Virus record (IMG/VR): IMGVR_UViG_2778261223_000017
Length of the DNA stretch: 14,856 nucleotides
DNA from: a virus
Lineage: Duplodnaviria > Heunggongvirae > Uroviricota > Caudoviricetes
Direction: 5' to 3' (one strand)
This document shows positions 7,079 to 14,779 of the stretch, one piece after another. The position numbers were made by a program, and so were the translations under genes. The notes under the pieces were generated by a model. That model worked only from the letters and a program-made list of their open reading frames with translations, ran no database searches and was not told the DNA's origin. Positions within the stretch are counted from its first letter, which is position 1; every line of letters starts with the position of its first letter.

Positions 7079-7976
7079 ATCTATAGCAAGCATAGCCATA
7101 GAAAAACAGGATACGATGGCTGAAATTAGCTATATGCGCACCATTCGGACTCCGGATGAATATGAGCGTCCGATATTCAAATGGGTAGGTGGTAAATTCT
7201 CAGAATTGCCTACAGTGCTTGAGCATCTACCACACGGTAAGCGGTTAATAGAACCATTCGTTGGTGGCGGTTCCGTATTTACGAATGCAGGATTTCGCCA
7301 CAACCTGCTTAATGATATTAACGGTGACCTGATTAACTTCTATCAGACATTGCAGCGAGAAGGACATTCGCTCGTCACGCTGTCATATAGTTTTTTCCAA
7401 AATTACAACAACGCTGACGCTTACCTCGAAGTGCGTGAGGCATTTAACAGAGGAAAGTATGACCAGCTACATCATGCTGCCGCCTTTTTGTACCTTAATC
7501 GGCACTGTTTTAATGGCGTAACGCGGTACAACCAAAATGGCGAGTTCAACGTGGGGTATGGCAAATACAAAGCACCCTACTTCCCACACGCAGAGATGGA
7601 GGCATTTTTGGCTGATGACGTACTCAAAAACACGTCCTTTGTATCAGGTGACTTTGCTGGCGTCATCGAGGCGGCTGGTGAAGGCGATGTGATTTTTTGC
7701 GATCCGCCGTATGAACCGCTGCCGGATACAGAAGGGTTTACCAGTTATTCAGGAAATAGCTTCCGTTTCGACGAACAGAAACGGCTGGTATCTCTATTGG
7801 TGGAAGCCCACCAGCGCGGCGCTAAGGTAGTGATAACAAATAGTGGTGCGCCAAACATCCGTGAACTATATGAAGGAAACGGGTTTAAAGTACATCATAT
7901 GGCAGCCAGACGGTCGGTGTCCTGCAAGGCGTCAACACGTGTAGTTGCTAACGATATAATTGCAATAATGAAGTAA
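7071..7976 (+). CDS. dam: Dam-like DNA adenine (N6) methyltransferase
   Basis: FKWVGGK, EPFVGGGSVF, LYLNRHCFNGVTRYNQNGEFNVGYGKYKAPYFP and the catalytic DPPY motif parallel E. coli Dam. AAGGGGG Shine-Dalgarno before the ATG at 7071; the start overlaps the preceding gene's stop by 8 nt. Confidence 0.85.
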   Translation: MSKSIASIAIEKQDTMAEISYMRTIRTPDEYERPIFKWVGGKFSELPTVLEHLPHGKRLIEPFVGGGSVFTNAGFRHNLLNDINGDLINFYQTLQREGHSLVTLSYSFFQNYNNADAYLEVREAFNRGKYDQLHHAAAFLYLNRHCFNGVTRYNQNGEFNVGYGKYKAPYFPHAEMEAFLADDVLKNTSFVSGDFAGVIEAAGEGDVIFCDPPYEPLPDTEGFTSYSGNSFRFDEQKRLVSLLVEAHQRGAKVVITNSGAPNIRELYEGNGFKVHHMAARRSVSCKASTRVVANDIIAIMK

Positions 7977-8008
7977 AAAACGCCGCAGTAGCGGCGTTTA
8001 CTTTTTTA
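7977..8008. terminator. Bidirectional rho-independent terminator (acgccgc-agta-gcggcgt with A-run before and T-run after)
   Basis: Seen directly between the convergent dam-like and glnS genes. Confidence 0.7.
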
Positions 8009-8024
8009 TGTGGCGAAATACCTA

Positions 8025-9686
8025 TTAACCTAACTTCGCCCAGGTATCACGCAGCCCAACGGTGCGGTTAAATACCGGTTTTTCCGCCGTAGAATGGCGG
8101 CTGTCGAGGCAGAAATAACCTTCACGCTCAAACTGGAATGCTTTACCCGCTACCGCGTCTTTCAGAGACGGTTCAGCAAAGCCCTGTTTGATCACCAGCG
8201 ATTCCGGGTTAATCACCGACAGGAAATCATCCGCAGCACCTGGGTTCGGCACGCTGAACAGACGGTCATACAAACGGATTTCAACCGGCAGCGCATGTGC
8301 CGCGCTCACCCAGTGAATAACACCTTTGACTTTACGACCATCTGCCGGATCTTTGCTTAAGGTATCGGCGTCATAAGTACAGAAGATGGTGGTGATATTA
8401 CCTTCGGCATCTTTCTCGACGCGTTCTGCCTTAATCACATAAGCATTACGCAGACGCACTTCTTTACCCAGCACCAGACGTTTGTACTGCTTGTTAGCTT
8501 CTTCGCGGAAATCGGCGCGATCAATCCAAATCTCACCGCTAAACGGCACCTGACGGCTCCCCATTTCCGGTTTGTTCGGATGGTTCGGCATGGTGACCAT
8601 TTCGCCTTCGCCCTGATAGTTTTCGATAACCAGTTTCACCGGATCGATAACCGCCATTGCGCGCGGCGCATTTTCGTTGAGATCTTCACGGATGCAGGAT
8701 TCCAGCGACGCCATCTCAATGGTGTTGTCCTGCTTGGTCACGCCGATGCGTTTGCAGAACTCACGAATAGAAGCAGCAGTGTAACCACGACGACGCAGAC
8801 CGGAAATGGTCGGCATACGCGGGTCATCCCAGCCTTCAACGTGCTTGTCGGTCACCAGCAGGTTCAGCTTACGCTTGGACATCACAGTGTATTCCAGATT
8901 CAGGCGCGAGAATTCGTACTGGCGCGGGTGAACAGGAATGGTGATGTTGTCCAGTACCCAGTCATACAGACGACGGTTGTCCTGGAACTCAAGCGTACAC
9001 AGAGAGTGCGTAATACCTTCCAGCGCATCGCTGATGCAGTGGGTGAAGTCGTACATCGGGTAGATGCACCACTTGTTGCCAGTCTGGTGGTGTTCAGCAA
9101 ACTTAATGCGGTACAGCACCGGGTCGCGCATCACGATAAACGGCGAAGCCATATCGATTTTCGCACGCAGGCAGGCTTTACCTTCTTCAAAACCACCGGC
9201 ACGCATTTTTTCGAACAGCGCCAGGTTCTCTTCAACGCTGCGATCGCGGTACGGGCTATTTTTACCCGGCTGCGTCAGGGTGCCGCGGTATTCGCGGATC
9301 TGTTCCGGCGTCAGTTCGTCAACATACGCCAGGCCTTTGTTGATCAGTTCAACAGCATAGGCATGGAGTTTGTCAAAATAATCGGAGGAGTAACGGATGT
9401 TGCCAGACCAGTGAAAACCTAACCATTCAACGTCGTTTTTAATCGACTCGACGTACTCGATATCTTCTTTTACCGGGTTAGTGTCGTCGAAACGCAGGTT
9501 GCACTGGCCTTTATAGTCCTGGGCGATCCCGAAGTTCAGGCAGATAGATTTCGCATGGCCAATATGCAGATAGCCATTCGGCTCCGGCGGGAAACGGGTG
9601 TGTACTGTGGTGTGCTTACCACTGGCCAGATCTTCATCGATGATCTGACGAATAAAGTTAGTCGGGCGGGCTTCTGCCTCACTCAT
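8025..9686 (-). CDS. glnS: Glutaminyl-tRNA synthetase
   Basis: 553-aa ORF. N-terminus [47 protein letters not shown] (class I HIGH motif) and a VMSKR-type KMSKS motif; near-identical to E. coli GlnS as recalled. Confidence 0.97.
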   Translation of the reverse strand: MSEAEARPTNFIRQIIDEDLASGKHTTVHTRFPPEPNGYLHIGHAKSICLNFGIAQDYKGQCNLRFDDTNPVKEDIEYVESIKNDVEWLGFHWSGNIRYSSDYFDKLHAYAVELINKGLAYVDELTPEQIREYRGTLTQPGKNSPYRDRSVEENLALFEKMRAGGFEEGKACLRAKIDMASPFIVMRDPVLYRIKFAEHHQTGNKWCIYPMYDFTHCISDALEGITHSLCTLEFQDNRRLYDWVLDNITIPVHPRQYEFSRLNLEYTVMSKRKLNLLVTDKHVEGWDDPRMPTISGLRRRGYTAASIREFCKRIGVTKQDNTIEMASLESCIREDLNENAPRAMAVIDPVKLVIENYQGEGEMVTMPNHPNKPEMGSRQVPFSGEIWIDRADFREEANKQYKRLVLGKEVRLRNAYVIKAERVEKDAEGNITTIFCTYDADTLSKDPADGRKVKGVIHWVSAAHALPVEIRLYDRLFSVPNPGAADDFLSVINPESLVIKQGFAEPSLKDAVAGKAFQFEREGYFCLDSRHSTAEKPVFNRTVGLRDTWAKLG

Positions 9687-9875
9687 TGTGGATTCCTCAA
9701 AGCGTAAACAACGTATAACAGCGTATGATCTTATAAGCCGAATAGGCTGACAACCACTAGTTGATTAGAAATTGCTTTCTATCGTTATTTCAATAATGAG
9801 CTTTTTCATGAAGCCCACTTTTGCGCATAAGTAAATTAATGACAAATGGTACACAATTGGAACCAAAAAGGATGT

Positions 9876-9913
9876 AAAGGTGCACCAAATTAGTGGTGTA
9901 TTGGTGCACCTTT
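9876..9913. promoter_or_regulatory. Perfect 13-bp palindrome arms (aaaggtgcaccaa ... ttggtgcaccttt) with 12-bp spacer in the glnS-upstream / partition-downstream intergenic region
   Basis: Seen directly. Could be an operator, a centromere-like site or a terminator hairpin for the upstream partition operon. Confidence 0.4.
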
Positions 9914-9954
9914 GGTTCAAGACTTTTTAAGTTCTAAAACCAACCTGAAAGACT

Positions 9955-10242
9955 TTATTTTGCTTCCTCAGACTCCGCTAACATGAGGATAGCATGGCGG
10001 ATCATATTCAATTTGCTGCGATTATGCTTTTTACTTAACGCATCAAGTACTTGGTACTCGTATTCATTGAAACCAACACGAATAGATTTAAAATCACGTG
10101 GAGCGTCCTTATCGAGCACTTTGTTGTCTTCTGGTTGCTCACCCGGCACCAAATCAGCCTTACTGGCAAAATCCTCAATTCGGCGTTCAAGATCAGGGTC
10201 TTTTACTTCGGGGGCTTTTACCGATTTACGAGGCTTAATCAC
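9955..10242 (-). CDS. Small partition-operon DNA-binding protein (ParG/ParB-like, probable ribbon-helix-helix)
   Basis: 95-aa basic ORF directly downstream of and overlapping (8 nt) the ParA-like gene. Disordered N-terminus, then C-terminal KSIRVGFNEYEYQVLDALSKKHNRSKLNMIRHAILMLAE consistent with a beta-strand plus helices RHH fold. Confidence 0.55.
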   Translation of the reverse strand: MIKPRKSVKAPEVKDPDLERRIEDFASKADLVPGEQPEDNKVLDKDAPRDFKSIRVGFNEYEYQVLDALSKKHNRSKLNMIRHAILMLAESEEAK

Positions 10243-10876
10243 TTAATAACTCCTTAACCAACATCTGGATTTCACCTTTAGCTTTCCCGTTGTCCATCTC
10301 AACAACGCCCTTCCCTTCAGCCATGCAATCGCGGTAAACCTTACGATCACGAATGATGGTTTTCAGCAACTTCAGTTGCGGATATTCAGCCAGGTACTCT
10401 TTGGCCTCATTGGTTTCATTCACAACCGGATTGGATGGGGCCATTGTTAAGACTGCGAACGCCTTGATGCTAGGATTAGGCATCAGGTCCAAAGCCTCTT
10501 CAAACACTTCAACAAAGTGTGCCAGCGTGTCTAAATCTGGTTGAGATGGTCTGAATGGGACCAACACAATATCTGCAGCGGTTATGCCTGTACGCATCTC
10601 TTTGCTATCGCGCCCGGCTGTATCAACAACTACAAATTCATAACGCTTATCCAGATCGAGAAGTGTTTCTCGAATATTACCAAACTTCTGGACACAATGA
10701 ATTACAGGAGAAACCTCTGCCGTGTTACGGTCAGCTGCCCAGCGGGCAGCTGTTCCTTGCTTGTCTGCATCTAGTAACACTACATCCTTATTTTCGCGGG
10801 CAAGCTCCGCACAGATGTTTACGCTTGTGGTTGATTTTCCACAGCCACCTTTTTGGCTGACTACCAATATAATCAT
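10235..10876 (-). CDS. parA: ParA/ParF-type partition ATPase (deviant Walker A)
   Basis: VVSQKGGCGKSTTSVNICAEL Walker A box and VVVDTAGRD Walker B-like motif. Start chosen at ATG 10876 (GAGGA Shine-Dalgarno 5 nt upstream) rather than the track's TTG at 10906. Confidence 0.85.
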   Translation of the reverse strand: MIILVVSQKGGCGKSTTSVNICAELARENKDVVLLDADKQGTAARWAADRNTAEVSPVIHCVQKFGNIRETLLDLDKRYEFVVVDTAGRDSKEMRTGITAADIVLVPFRPSQPDLDTLAHFVEVFEEALDLMPNPSIKAFAVLTMAPSNPVVNETNEAKEYLAEYPQLKLLKTIIRDRKVYRDCMAEGKGVVEMDNGKAKGEIQMLVKELLSD

Positions 10877-11114
10877 ATCCGTTCCTCGGTGTGATTTTGG
10901 TATCAAAACGGTTCCAGATAAGAGCCTTTTTGATGCGGGACAGGCTCTATAATGGAGTCATGAATGTTTGGCAAAGTATAACATCAATCAGACCAAATAC
11001 ACCTTATATTGCATCCTATTTAACACGAAAGCAGCCCCAAATTGGAACCAGATACAAAATTGCACCATAACAGCACCTAACTGGTGCCAGATTAACACTA
11101 ATTAGACACCATTA

Positions 11115-11146
11115 AGGCATAAAAAAGGCTGCAATTTGCAGCCTTA
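11115..11146 (-). terminator. Rho-independent terminator after parR (aaggctgca-loop-tgcagcctt followed by a U-run on the minus strand)
   Basis: Seen directly. Confidence 0.65.
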
Positions 11147-11163
11147 AACCAGCACATCTTCTG

Positions 11164-11502
11164 TCAATCAGGTAGAGAGTCAGCCAGATTGCGCGCCGAC
11201 GCGCTTTTGGCAACAAATTGCTCCTTCACTGGCTCAATGGAGGCAGGGCGCTCCTCAACCGCAGCTGGTAGTTCCAAGAAGGATGCCAGCATTTTTCGGA
11301 TCAGCTCCGGGTTATTGTCTTCGGTCAGCAGGGAAGCCAGTAATCCTGGAAGCCTGCTATCGACTTCTCCCAGCGCAAGCCCTGCCAACAATGCAGTTCT
11401 TGCCATATCGCTATGTTTTTTTATCTTCTCGCTCGCCGCCTTTTCATTGGCATAAGCCTCTGGGCGAAGATAAATCATCACTTTCTTACGTTCCTGAGAC
11501 AT
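11164..11502 (-). CDS. parR: ParR/StbB-like centromere-binding protein
   Basis: Small ORF immediately downstream of parM. ARTALLAGLALG resembles the R1 ParR motif NRAALTAGLALY by recall. Start at ATG 11502 (ACGAGG 7 nt upstream); 11508 is an alternative. Confidence 0.65.
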   Translation of the reverse strand: MSQERKKVMIYLRPEAYANEKAASEKIKKHSDMARTALLAGLALGEVDSRLPGLLASLLTEDNNPELIRKMLASFLELPAAVEERPASIEPVKEQFVAKSASARNLADSLPD

Positions 11503-11514
11503 GGACATACCTCG

Positions 11515-12471
11515 TTAACCGATTGCTTTCAGGCCATGAACAAGAGCAAGTTGCGGGTCATCCGCCACGAAGAAACGGTCATCACGAATATTAACTTGCT
11601 CGCGAATTGCATCTGCCACCAGCGGTGCGCCACCACCGATCACCATGACATGCGTATATCCTTTAAAGTCGCCAATCACATCAAGAACGCGGGTACGCAG
11701 ACGGTCAATGCTTGCGGCAATGGCCTTTTTCACATCACCAATCGCTAATGGGTCATTGATATTGTCGTTCAGATAATCTTCATCGTGGCGGTTAATAATG
11801 AGCTGATCAACATTGTAATTTGACGTTTCGGTATTGGCCCTTGCAAGTGCTTGCCTTACTTCCCTGGTGACCAGTGATACACCAAGATTCGAATCGCCAA
11901 AAACACGGGAAACTGCCGTCATTTGTCCAGCGACCATTGAAACATCAAGGGTAGTTCCACCCAAATCGACGATAAGAACAGAGTGGGCAGGGTTCAGATT
12001 GTCGCACAGGCTAATTCCCGCCGGGATAGACTCCGGGCGTACCGTAACTTTCTTAATAGTGAATACATTGCCTTTATTCAGCGTGACGGGGCGCATAAGA
12101 CTGGCTTTCTTGCGCTCGATGTTATCGAGATTGTATTGCGCGTCGTCGTCGTAAAACTCTGCCAGAGGCAGCGTGACCACAATTTCTACTTCCTGCGGCT
12201 CAATACCGCTTGTCAGCAGGGCATGGTGAACAGCCAGGACGTTAAGCGGGCTGTATTGCCATTCCACATTATTCGTCGGCAGAACATCTGGCGATATCAA
12301 GTCGTATGAATACTTTTCGTCGTCAATGACATAGTTAAACGGCTTGCCCGCACCAAATGTTGCTGACCATCCGCGCTTAAAGCTGTTAGGGCTGATGTGA
12401 GTGCGAGTTTCCCCGTCGTGCTCCCACAGCATTTTGATATTGGTTGAACCATCATCGATAAAAATGCGCAT
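11515..12471 (-). CDS. parM: ParM/StbA actin-like partition ATPase
   Basis: MRIFIDDGSTNIKM..., HISPNSFKRGW, AVHHALLTSG, NIERKKA, ESIPAG, LIVDLGGTTLD, GDSNLGVSLVT and GYTHVMVIGGGA parallel R1 ParM motif by motif. Start at ATG 12471 (GGAG upstream); the track start 12495 is 8 codons longer. Confidence 0.9.
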   Translation of the reverse strand: MRIFIDDGSTNIKMLWEHDGETRTHISPNSFKRGWSATFGAGKPFNYVIDDEKYSYDLISPDVLPTNNVEWQYSPLNVLAVHHALLTSGIEPQEVEIVVTLPLAEFYDDDAQYNLDNIERKKASLMRPVTLNKGNVFTIKKVTVRPESIPAGISLCDNLNPAHSVLIVDLGGTTLDVSMVAGQMTAVSRVFGDSNLGVSLVTREVRQALARANTETSNYNVDQLIINRHDEDYLNDNINDPLAIGDVKKAIAASIDRLRTRVLDVIGDFKGYTHVMVIGGGAPLVADAIREQVNIRDDRFFVADDPQLALVHGLKAIG

Positions 12472-12495
12472 CTTCTTGCTCCACTTCTGAGACAC

Positions 12496-12660
12496 ATTTG
12501 AGAATCAAAATGTAATTTTAAAAGAGAAGCCCCCAAAAATCCACACCAAACGAGATAAAAAAGGGCGCTTGTTGAGTTTATTTTGAGAATATCTTAATCA
12601 CCCACCGAATGATGGTCTGATAGTGAGATTTATTTGAGAGCGAATTGAGAATACAAAAAT
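12496..12660. repeat. Candidate parC-like centromere: repeated TTGAGA(A/G)-containing elements upstream of parM
   Basis: TTGAGAAT at about 12499 and 12582, TTGAGAG at about 12634, TTGAGAAT at about 12649; two longer related copies gagtttattttgagaat and gagatttatttgagagc. Seen directly; the role is inferred from position upstream of parMR. Confidence 0.4.
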
Positions 12661-12737
12661 ATTCCGAAATTTAACTCTCCGTTTGAATGACGAAATAACA
12701 AAGTGATGACAATAGAAGGATAACCAGGAGGTGAAGA

Positions 12738-13022
12738 ATGAGCGCAATAGCCACCAGCGACACCCTTTGTTCTGGTCACGGAGGATTTCCGCCGCGACTG
12801 GTAGCTGAAACCGTTCCCTGGTTCACCGTTAACGGTAAGCCAGTTGTTGTAGATGGTGCCATGTTTCCCAGTCACACTGACGGTAACAGTGCACATCCAG
12901 GGGCAGCTGTATCGACGCGAGCATGGTTTTCGATAGGTGGAAAGGGAGTTGTCTGTGTAGGCGATCTGCTTTCTTGTGGTTCTGTTATCGCCAACGGCGA
13001 GGATATTTTTCAGGTTGCATAA
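12738..13022 (+). CDS. PAAR-like domain protein (spike-tip protein)
   Basis: 94-aa ORF with strong AGGAGGTG Shine-Dalgarno. Repeated motif pattern FTVNGKPVVVDGAMF and SIGGKGVVCVGDLLSCGSVIANG with conserved Cys/His/Gly positions typical of PAAR proteins. Confidence 0.7.
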   Translation: MSAIATSDTLCSGHGGFPPRLVAETVPWFTVNGKPVVVDGAMFPSHTDGNSAHPGAAVSTRAWFSIGGKGVVCVGDLLSCGSVIANGEDIFQVA

Positions 13023-13828
13023 TGCTTGATTCAATAGGTGAAGTTAAAGCCTTCAAAATTCTGTCAGATGCCGGTATCTCTACACCAGAATCTATAACCA
13101 TAAGCCGAGCAGCTTCTGTAAAAGCCTCATCGCTCGCCAGCGCCATACAGGGAATAGTTCACGCCGATAAAACCTATCCTGATTCTGTTTCGGCCTGGAC
13201 TACTCAATTGCTTGGCTTTTCTGAACAGCTCAATGAGGCCAGCAAAGCGTCTTCATTACTGGCTGATTCTCTTTCCCCATACACCAAGCCATCAGAGCTG
13301 TTACAGATGAAGATTGGCTGGGAATGCTACGCAAAAGGTAACGAGCTGACCCCCATACCTGCTTTCGCCCTTGTTGAGGGAATGGGGAATGTTTCCATTC
13401 CGCAATCTCTAACGGACGCATTGACGGCGCTAAAACTTGATGCTCTGAAAACCGCCATGAACGCCATTAACGCAAAAATTGAAGCTGCCGGAAGTGCTGG
13501 TGGTGGTGATAGCAATGGTGGACAGGGTGGTGCTGGGGGCGCTCAGGCTCCAGTCATTACTCAGGATGAAATTGATGCTTTACGGGAAGCAGTGACAGCC
13601 GCCGAAGCTTTACTCTCCGAAATTAACTCAGCAAGTGAGAGTGTCGTAGCCCTTACAGGTCGCATTAAAACGTCAACCACTCAGGCAACCAAAGGTTTAG
13701 AGAACGCTGTCGCCATCACGTTAACTGGCTCTCTACTGGATGATGCAGTAATGAGTCCGGCAATCAGTTTAATCATGCCACAAGGCGTTATCGATGCGCT
13801 CCAAAAGAACACCAAAAAGGAACCATAG
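13022..13828 (+). CDS. Hypothetical protein coupled to the PAAR gene; Ala/Ser/Thr/Leu-rich with an internal Gly-rich linker
   Basis: Start ATG overlaps the PAAR stop (TAATG at 13020-13024). Predicted helical, no TM segment, linker AGSAGGGDSNGGQGGAGGAQAP. No family recognised. Confidence 0.6.
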   Translation: MLDSIGEVKAFKILSDAGISTPESITISRAASVKASSLASAIQGIVHADKTYPDSVSAWTTQLLGFSEQLNEASKASSLLADSLSPYTKPSELLQMKIGWECYAKGNELTPIPAFALVEGMGNVSIPQSLTDALTALKLDALKTAMNAINAKIEAAGSAGGGDSNGGQGGAGGAQAPVITQDEIDALREAVTAAEALLSEINSASESVVALTGRIKTSTTQATKGLENAVAITLTGSLLDDAVMSPAISLIMPQGVIDALQKNTKKEP

Positions 13829-13883
13829 CAACACCACTTAGGCACACAAAAGGATGTAATTTGGTACATGTTTAACACCGAAA

Positions 13884-14357
13884 ATGAACCTGAAGAGGAT
13901 GGTTTTGAAAAAGATAATTTTGATTGTAATTGCGCTTTTAGCCATTTCTGGAATTTACCGAACAACGACGGCAGTTATCGAACACATCAGGTATGTCCGA
14001 TCGCTTGAAGACTCAAAATCACAACTGGAAAGCACGAACAACACGCTTTCTACCGCATTACAGTTAAGTGAGAACGCTCGCTCAGCCATGCTGACCGAAA
14101 ACGAAAGAATTAAAGCACTGGAAAAGGAGTACCAGCGCAAAACAGCAGAACTGAATGCCAACCTAATCAAACAACGAGAGGAAAGCCAGAATGAAATCAC
14201 TCGCCTTGAAAATGCGTTACGCCGTGCTGGGATTAACGATGTGCGTGTGCCTGATGACGTTATCAGGATGCAGCGGGAACGGGCAAAAGCCATCAACCAG
14301 CGTGCCAGTGAAAATTACCGTAGAAGCCACCAGCAAGCCGCAGGCAAATCTGATTGA
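13884..14357 (+). CDS. Rz-like inner-membrane spanin (i-spanin): N-terminal TM anchor plus periplasmic coiled coil
   Basis: N-terminal hydrophobic segment KKIILIVIALLAISGIY followed by a charged heptad-rich region. NALRRAGINDVRV resembles the Rz C-terminal region of lambda by recall. An overlapping +1-frame lipoprotein gene is embedded at its 3' end. Confidence 0.6.
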   Translation: MNLKRMVLKKIILIVIALLAISGIYRTTTAVIEHIRYVRSLEDSKSQLESTNNTLSTALQLSENARSAMLTENERIKALEKEYQRKTAELNANLIKQREESQNEITRLENALRRAGINDVRVPDDVIRMQRERAKAINQRASENYRRSHQQAAGKSD

Positions 14358-14523
14358 TTACTCCCCTTGTTTAGTGCCAGAAGACACGCCAGTGCTGTTA
14401 AACAAGTATCCGACATACGCTGAACAGTTATTCAGCACGATCGACGAATGCAACCAACGAAACGCACTGAATAACCAAAGAAACAGGGAGATTTGGGAAG
14501 GGAAGGGGGATCAAGGCTCCTGA
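14191..14523 (+). CDS. Rz1-like outer-membrane lipoprotein spanin (o-spanin), overlapping the i-spanin gene in another frame
   Basis: GAGGAAAG Shine-Dalgarno before the ATG at 14191. Signal peptide with lipobox LSGC (MKSLALKMRYAVLGLTMCVCLMTLSGC), Pro-containing mature region, and two further Cys residues. The gene begins inside the Rz-like gene and extends past it, the overlapped spanin architecture. Confidence 0.55.
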   Translation: MKSLALKMRYAVLGLTMCVCLMTLSGCSGNGQKPSTSVPVKITVEATSKPQANLIDYSPCLVPEDTPVLLNKYPTYAEQLFSTIDECNQRNALNNQRNREIWEGKGDQGS

Positions 14524-14779
14524 AGCCAGATGTCCTGGCTGTCAGCTTCTTCGAAACCGTGACAGACGTTAAAGTCACTCAAACGATACTGACGCTGACG
14601 GCCCCTATTTCGCTCATGCCAATGCATATATCCACCAGCAAATGCCAGCGGACAATCGCTATAGTCTATGTAACCAATACCATTCCCCAAACGTGCTTCG
14701 CGCGCACCAGCTTTCCAGGACAGTAGAAAAGAGTCACGATCCGCCAGCATAACAACAAAATCGTCCGGATCTCCGATAC

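Noticed and set aside
9064-9360. 98-aa plus-strand ORF in glnS
   Set aside because: Same reasoning as the other glnS antisense ORFs.
8094-9422. Plus-strand ORFs (88, 280 and 98 aa) inside the glnS region
   Set aside because: They are antisense to a highly conserved, unambiguous glnS reading frame, low-complexity and Arg/His-rich, with no ribosome-binding site; typical antisense shadow ORFs.
9983-10952. Plus-strand ORFs (63-101 aa) antisense to parA and the small RHH gene
   Set aside because: Antisense to genes with Walker-box and RHH support; Ser/Leu/Cys-rich low-complexity translations.
11189-12309. Plus-strand ORFs (88-111 aa) antisense to parR and parM
   Set aside because: Antisense to genes that match ParM/ParR motif by motif.
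12923-13021. Extended 5' part of the 301-aa ORF upstream of the ATG at 13022
   Set aside because: This stretch overlaps the PAAR coding sequence in another frame; the TAATG stop-start overlap at 13020-13024 gives a cleaner coupled start.
12297-13034. Minus-strand ORFs (79 and 134 aa) over the parM upstream region and the PAAR gene
   Set aside because: Overlap the iteron/promoter region and the well-supported PAAR ORF with its strong Shine-Dalgarno; no own signals.
13230-14296. Minus-strand ORFs (62-113 aa) antisense to the 268-aa gene and the Rz-like gene
   Set aside because: Antisense shadow ORFs with no ribosome-binding sites and low-complexity composition.
14493-14750. Overlapping small ORFs on both strands between the o-spanin stop and the IS end
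   Set aside because: They overlap each other so at most one can be real; no recognisable motif or clear ribosome-binding site. Possibly the remnant of an IS-disrupted gene, but not supportable as a feature.
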